Assembly (NCBI GenBank): GCA_949358305.1
Contig: OX442314.1
Coordinates: forward strand, 16,120,001-16,184,000
Reading direction: 5' to 3'
From: Strigamia acuminata
Lineage: Eukaryota
Length of the DNA: 64,000 nt
Shown: piece by piece, positions 57,501-64,000 of the stretch
How positions within the stretch are numbered: position 1 is the first letter of the stretch
How the letters are laid out: every line of letters starts with the position of its first letter
Translations under genes and position numbers: made by a program
The notes under the pieces: generated by a model
Seen by the model: only the letters and a program-made list of their open reading frames with translations
Databases searched by the model: none
Told to the model about the DNA's origin: nothing

Positions 57501-60500
57501 ATTAAGATGGGATCTTTTCAATTCAGGTTTTATTATACGACAAGCAAGAGCTTCCTTCATGCCGAGCTGCTTCGGTTAAAAAACGAGCGTTTACAATCGG
57601 TGGTGTAAGTGCTAGCAACGTTAGTGATGTTTAAATAAATTTATATTGACTCGATGAATTTCAGCTTACTCCCATCCATTGCGCGGCTGTCAACCCGAAT
57701 CCTAAATATTTGAGCACTTTATTGGCAATTGATCCCGAATACAGCATTCCCGATCGTAACATGCGGCGGCCGATTCATTACGCGGTCGTGTGCGAAGGAA
57801 CGGGGCCCCTGGATTTCCTTCTTTCTAAGTATAATTAGATATGAACTGTTGAAAAATTTAATTTCCTTCTAAATTGTCGTAATGGTCACTTAGGGGTGTG
57901 AGGACGGACGAAACTGACAACGACGGAAACACAGTTTTACACATCGCGGCTGAAACGGGAAGAATACACAATGTCGAGTTGCTGTTGAAACGGGCCAAGA
58001 GTGGTAATTATTTTGCAAGATTTGTTTAATTACATCTTGATAGATGTTTACGTTGCAGAGAGAAAAGCTATCGACAACAATGCAAACAAGGATTTTGGTC
58101 TTGGGGGGTTAAATCGCACAAACAAACAGAGTTTAACTCCATTGCATGTGGCGTGTTCAGCGGGTCATGGCGTAAGTTTGTCACTAAATGATCATATTTC
58201 CAAAATTGGTTTTTATTATTTAAAAATAGGATGTCGTTCGAATATTATTAAAATATGGAGCCGATGTCGATAGACCCACGAATGCAACAAAGGGAAAATT
58301 AACACCGTTGATGTTTTCTTGTCAAAAAGGCTATTTAGAAATTTTGAAAATCCTTATTCAGAATGGAGCTAAAGTGGAAACTAGAGGTATTACAAGATCG
58401 GATGTGGTTAATATATATATAATGCTCGATGATCGTTTGAATTGCAGATAAATTCAAAAGGACGGCACTCACTCACGCGGTTATCAATGGTCATGCTCAC
58501 ATTGCATCCCATTTGTTGAGGTTGGGATCAGATCCTAACAACACCGACAGCTCTGGCAATACTTTGATTCATTACGCTGCAGCTTATGGCTGGTGGTTCT
58601 GTTTGAAGTTGTTGCTCGAATCAGGAGCGAAGCCGAATGTATCTAACGACTGGATGGTATTGTTTATTATTGGCTCGTTGAATTAGCGCATTGTTTGAAT
58701 GTGTTTTTTTTTTCTTGTTTAGTTGACACCGTTAGGAGTTGCATTTTTGAAAGGTCATATGGGGTTAGTGGATCTTCTCTTAGAGCAACCCGGTGTTGAT
58801 ATCAATTTCAAGGACGAGAAAGGCGTAAGTCTGTTGATGTTGGCTGCTTCTAGCCCACTTACCCCAGATCTAGTCGAGCAAGTGCAGTACTTGCTAGAAG
58901 GGCAGAAAGCTGATTGTCTCATGACGGATCCACAGGGCAATACAGTGGTAGGTTAACTCGATAATATTTTGCGACTTTATTTATATTTATATTTATGTAT
59001 GTGTGTATTTCTTAAAGTTTCATTGGTTAGCTCGAAACACAGTTCGCCGCAATGACAGAGGAGTAAGAAATTTATTATTTATTTATGAAATAATGATGAG
59101 ATAGTTGAAGAATGTTTAACTAATTATTTGCTATTAGGATTCCGAAGTTTGTCCCGAAGCAGTTTCTGCTAGTCTTGAAATTGCCAAGTTGCTTTTGGAG
59201 TATGGCTGTGACCCTTCAGTTCGCAACGAACGCGGTGAAACTGCATTAACTTTAGCCATTGAACAAGTAAATGATGTGCATTTTGTGTTAATCGAAACTG
59301 AAATTGGTTTTGTTTGCTTTTAAGGGTAACAATCAGTTGGTGAAGTTACTTTTGCGAGATGGATGTCAAGTTACAGCTGAAGTTGACGATACCGGGGAAA
59401 ACCTTTTGCATAATTTGGTAGAACACGCCTGGGAGACGGATCTTGCCTCACTTATTCACATCATTAAAGACAGTGTACTTGGAAATCTATCAACGTTTTG
59501 AAGAATGAATTTCATTTTTTTTAATTTCATTTTTATTTTTAGGATCCTGGCAAAAAACCCAAAAAACCTGTAAATGAGGAAGTTGTTGAACTTAATCTTG
59601 CAAAACCCGTAATTACAAATGATGAATCTGATGTCTCAATTTCAGTGATTTAAGTGTGAATTTCCGTCCTTAGGTTCTTCCATTGTTACAAAGCTTAAAT
59701 GGCGGTTTGAAGATTGCAGATAGTATTAACATTAAAGGTGTTTGCGAGTCATCTTCGGAGGGGTATGCAGTTTACTTTTTTTCTTTTTAAATTTTGTTTT
59801 TAAATTTTGTGTTTTTTTTTCCAGCTTTACGTTAGTGTTGCTTAAGGGTGAAAATGTGGAAAAAGACGATGCTATCGTGCAGCTTGGTGTGCAGTTAAAG
59901 GAAGGTCACACAAAATTATCAATTACAAAAACAAGCAGAGTCGATGGTGAATGGAGCCAGGAGGAATTAGACGAAGCAGTATGCTCGACCACCGACGGGC
60001 AGGCCACTTTTGAATTAAGCATTTGTGCACAGAAAGATTTAATTCAAGTAAATCGAGTTTGTGGGTTTCCTTTTAAGGCGTCAATTAGATCTTCTTTTCA
60101 ATTTTAAGGTGTGTGTTGGTGACCACGTTATTATCGAGTTCACTCCAGCAGTTTCGATTGATCAAATTAGTCATTTGCACATAGGTGGAAAAGTCAACGT
60201 TGAATGGGTCAATCTGAAAAGAGCCTCGGTAAACGCATTTTATTTAATAAAATCAAAATCTTACAATACAGATCGAATTTTTGTTTGCAATACAGAATGC
60301 TTCTAAAGTTCAGCCCACGACCGTGTCTTTACCCGTGGAAGTTCTTTTGGAAATGGCACAAACTTACAGCTACGACGGATTTACTCCATTACTTCTTGCT
60401 TGCAGCAAATATCTCCACGCTGTAAGTTGAAATTGAATCTATCCGTTTAGTTAGTTTTTCTTTTACAACTGTGTCGTTATTTTGTTTAATTACAGACTGA

Positions 60501-63500
60501 GAAAAAACAGCAGACTAGGTTAAGAGATATGATAAAGGCGCTGATTGAAGAAGCTGACTCAGAAATTCATGCGGTTGTTAAGAAACGTAGTGATGATAAA
60601 GCAAGACCAATAGGTATACTTATTGCGGGATTAAAGTTTGATGGAATAGTCAGTTAATTTGTGCTGTTTTAATTTTTTCAACTTGGTAGATGGTTACTCT
60701 GCCTTACATTTTTTGGCAAGCGCGAAGGAGGTTTCTGGAGTAGTAAATGGAGTTGAGTCATCTGTGCCTACTCTTCAACTTGTTCTTAATTATAAACCAC
60801 TATTGAACATTCGCGATAACAGAGGTCGCACCCCACTTATAACGGCAATTCTAAGTGGACAAGCAGCAGCTGCTGAAGCTTTGGTATTTTGAATATTAAT
60901 AAACTTATTTTTATTCGATGATTAATTTTTTTGGATCGTTTTGTGATTGTTGCAGATTAGTGCCGACGCAGATGTTAATTTATTTTCGGAAGATGAAGAA
61001 GATGATGGACGTGCATCTCCTATTGTTTTGGCTGCAAAGTTAATATTTTTTATTATTTTTTTAAAAAATTTTTGAGTACATTTAAAAAAATAATTTTTAT
61101 TTGATTTAGATTAGGATTGGTTTCCATAATAAAACTCCTCGTTAAGCACCAAGTGGATGTGACAGCAACTGATCAGAAAAATCAAAATACGCCTCTGCAT
61201 TATGCAGTATGTTTAAAATCGGGTGAGTGCGGTTAAAAATTTGAAAAGTTTGAAATTGTTGCGTGTTAATTGAGGAAAATTTGTTTGTAGCTCCCGAGGC
61301 ACTCGAAGTCGTCCAGTTATTGGTTCAAGCTGGTGTGAAAATAAATTCAACTAATAAAGATGGCAGAACTCCATTACATTTGGCAGTCAATGTGTGCACT
61401 GGTAGTACTGACGATTCTGTAGAAATTGAAGACTATTTGATTGAAAATGGAGTGGACGTATTTGCCAAAGATAATCTCGGTCGAATATCACTTCATTATG
61501 CGTTTGTCAAAATAGGAAAGTAAGTATTTGCAAAATATAAGACGAAACTCGAATAAATACATTGTATATTGTATTATAGGAATTCAGATTCATCTAAAAT
61601 TGATCCCATTGAAATCGTTAGTCTGTTAACAAATGCGATGAAAGAAAGCAATATAGATTGCCCCGATGGATCGGGACAAACGCCTTTGCACTGCGCAGCG
61701 TTCCGAGGTTCCACCATATCATGCATGCATTTGGCTCAGCGAATGAGTAATTTGGATTCGAAAGATTTAAATGGAAATACTGCGCTCAGTTTGACTATTT
61801 TGGGCGGTCACGAGAGGTATTTTGATTTTTTTTTTCAGGTGAAATATTTATTGTTATTTATTTTGTGTTTTGTGTTTTTCCTTTCAGTTGTGCCATCATG
61901 TTACTGCAACGTGGTGCCTCTATCAAGGGTGATGTTGTCGTTCCACCTCCGGAATTAAAATCGTCTAAAAAACCGAAACGTCCTGCTTGGCAATGGAAAC
62001 CTTTAGCCAAGCCACCGGTGTCAGCTTGTCGAAGCCCAATTCTAGAAGAAGTTGCTGCTAAAGATTGGCAAGGAGTGATGTACATGATGTTGGATCAGTT
62101 GCAGACGTCGTCTCACAATTATTTTCCTGCCGTTGAAGTACGGTTTAACCATACTCATTCGTTATATAATATCTAATTAATGATTTTTTATGCTTTTTAA
62201 CATTTTTAGGCTGCTTTAAGCACCAATAAATTTCGTTTGGCTCTTAGTTTAATCGCCCGGATTAAAGATGCGTCTAAATTACGTGCGTCTGATTCGCAAA
62301 GTCTGAACCTCCTTCACTTGCTCGCTTATAAAGCTGATCCCGACGAGCAAACTGTTCTGCAAATTAGGGTTAAGTGAAAAACAGAAATCGAGAAATGATA
62401 TTTTGTGTAACTAGTTCTTTTTTTTTGTTATTTGTTGATAGGTTGCTGATGCTCTAATTCAACGAGGGTTGTCGTTAACTGAATGTGACAAATTTGGCAG
62501 CTACCCAATTACGTACGCTGCTATCAACAAAAATATGACATTGTGCGAATATTTTACGGGTAAATATGCATGAATAAATTAAATACCGATACTTGATTCA
62601 TGACGATTATTAATTTTTTTAATTTTATAGAAAAAATGGGAATTGAAGCGCTTCAAAAGCTTCCTGCTGATCAATTAGGAAGAACTCCGTTAACTGCACT
62701 TTTTTGGTGGACTGATAAAGGCAATTGGAAGGAAAAGAATGCTGTTCGGTATTTATTTTTGTTAACGATAAATCTTTAGGAAATTTAATAAATTGAGATG
62801 GTTTTTTTTTTTGTCGGCTTTTAGGCGGTGGTGCCAACAAATTGTACAAAGTGGCATGTTGGATGTACTGGCACAGTTTCCTGCTCCTCTTATTCATCCT
62901 GGGCAGGTTGTTCTCCGGGACGCAAAAAACCCAAACATCACAGAAACGCAAGAGTGGCGTCTTTCACCTCTCATTCATGCAACTTGCTGCGGCGATCAAG
63001 ATCTCGTCCGACTACTTTTGCAGTATGGGGTCGATGTCAATTTACCCGATAATTTTGGCCTTTCCCCACTAATGCATGCAGTTCGAATGGTAAAATACTG
63101 CGCAAATTAATTTGTACCTAACACTGTATAATTTTGTTTTAAAAACTATTTTAGAATAATATTCAGATGGTGAAATTGCTCTTAAATCACAACTACACAG
63201 GTGATGAAAAAGTTGAAAAAGCAGAAACAACTGAGCAGAAAACCAACAAATTAGTATGTTTGTTTTATTTTGTTTTTGTTTGTTTGTGCGTTTGTTTAGT
63301 AAAATGAATTTTATTTGCAGCTAACTTTTCGAGACGGACTCATGTTAAAGAACAAAAGTTTGGTGTCACGCGCTGATGGTTCGTCTGACGAGGATGAAGA
63401 AGAAGAAGAAATGACCCAAGACCCGCTGATGGAAATTGAGGAGAAGATGAAAGCAATGGAGGAGAATAAAGAAATAAGTGAAGGCAAAGGTAAAAAAAAA

Positions 63501-64000
63501 AAAATACGAATTTGCAACGATTGTTTCTCATTTGATGTTATTCCAGATTCGTTTAAAAAGACCAGCAATGCAGATTTAAAGTATAAAGACAAAGATGGTT
63601 CATCACTTATTCATAAAGTTGTACAGCCGTATGACGGGGCATCTTATGAGAACGTACAGCTTCTGCAATTGCTCGTTGAATTGGGTTCTCCTTTAGATGC
63701 GCCGAATGCAGACGGATTGAAACCTGTCGACATGGCTGAAAGCAATAGGTTTACCAGAATTGCTGCCGCCATACAAAAATTAAGTTTTAACGAAAAACCT
63801 TTACACGTAAGTACAATGAAAGTTTGTCTAAACTTTGAATTTATTTTTAAAAAAATTATTTTTATTTATAGTTTCCTCCAATCTCTAAATTGGACGTTGA
63901 TGATGCTGTTACAATGCGTGATGCTAATTGGAATTATAAGGAGGATTCTGCCGCCCTTGTAGAGAAAATGGAAGTTGAGTGCATGGAAGAGGCGGAGGAG
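54544..64000 (+). CDS. Large ankyrin-repeat protein, probably PME-5-type 'tankyrase-like' poly(ADP-ribose) polymerase; 3'-partial
   Basis: Many short GT-AG exons from 54544-54714, 55311-55497, 55577-55705, 55761-55925, 56061-56252, 56312-56398, 56472-56607, 56673-56954, 57008-57092 onward to the window end. Numerous ankyrin motifs (TPIHCAA, TVLHIAA, TPLHVAC, TLIHYAAAYGW, GRTPLHLAV, GLSPLMHAV). SRGSREGNNAL and GFGFNSLHKEVL recall ankyrin-WGR-PARP proteins from memory; the catalytic domain is not in the window. Probable non-coding first-exon donor at 53219. Confidence 0.75.

Noticed and set aside
54544..64000. Orthodox tankyrase (TNKS) symbol
   Set aside because: Repeat sequences and N-terminus do not resemble TNKS ARC units; no SAM or PARP domain visible.

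Overview
AT-rich eukaryotic (invertebrate) genomic DNA with GT-AG introns, most 50-80 nt long; there are no prokaryotic features. The combination of mir-153, a Smac/DIABLO gene and an arthropod-type IA-2 suggests a non-insect arthropod (inference). Bases 1-40 kb hold the 5'-truncated IA-2/PTPRN receptor pseudophosphatase gene (+, 19 coding exons visible). Its large introns contain a dead Tc1-like IR/DR transposon, several MITEs, a 5S rRNA-derived fragment, mir-153 and many long, G-U-rich imperfect RNA foldbacks, one of which pairs with a coding exon. Bases 42.7-52.6 kb are a compact housekeeping cluster: an MTHFD1-type dehydrogenase/cyclohydrolase lacking the synthetase domain, LPGAT1, ENOPH1, DTD1 (-) and DIABLO-like. 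From 54.5 kb to the end is a long ankyrin-repeat gene resembling PME-5-type PARPs, with an apparent galectin-fold module inserted among the ankyrin repeats. All exon structures and pairings were derived by eye; no searches or folding programs were run.
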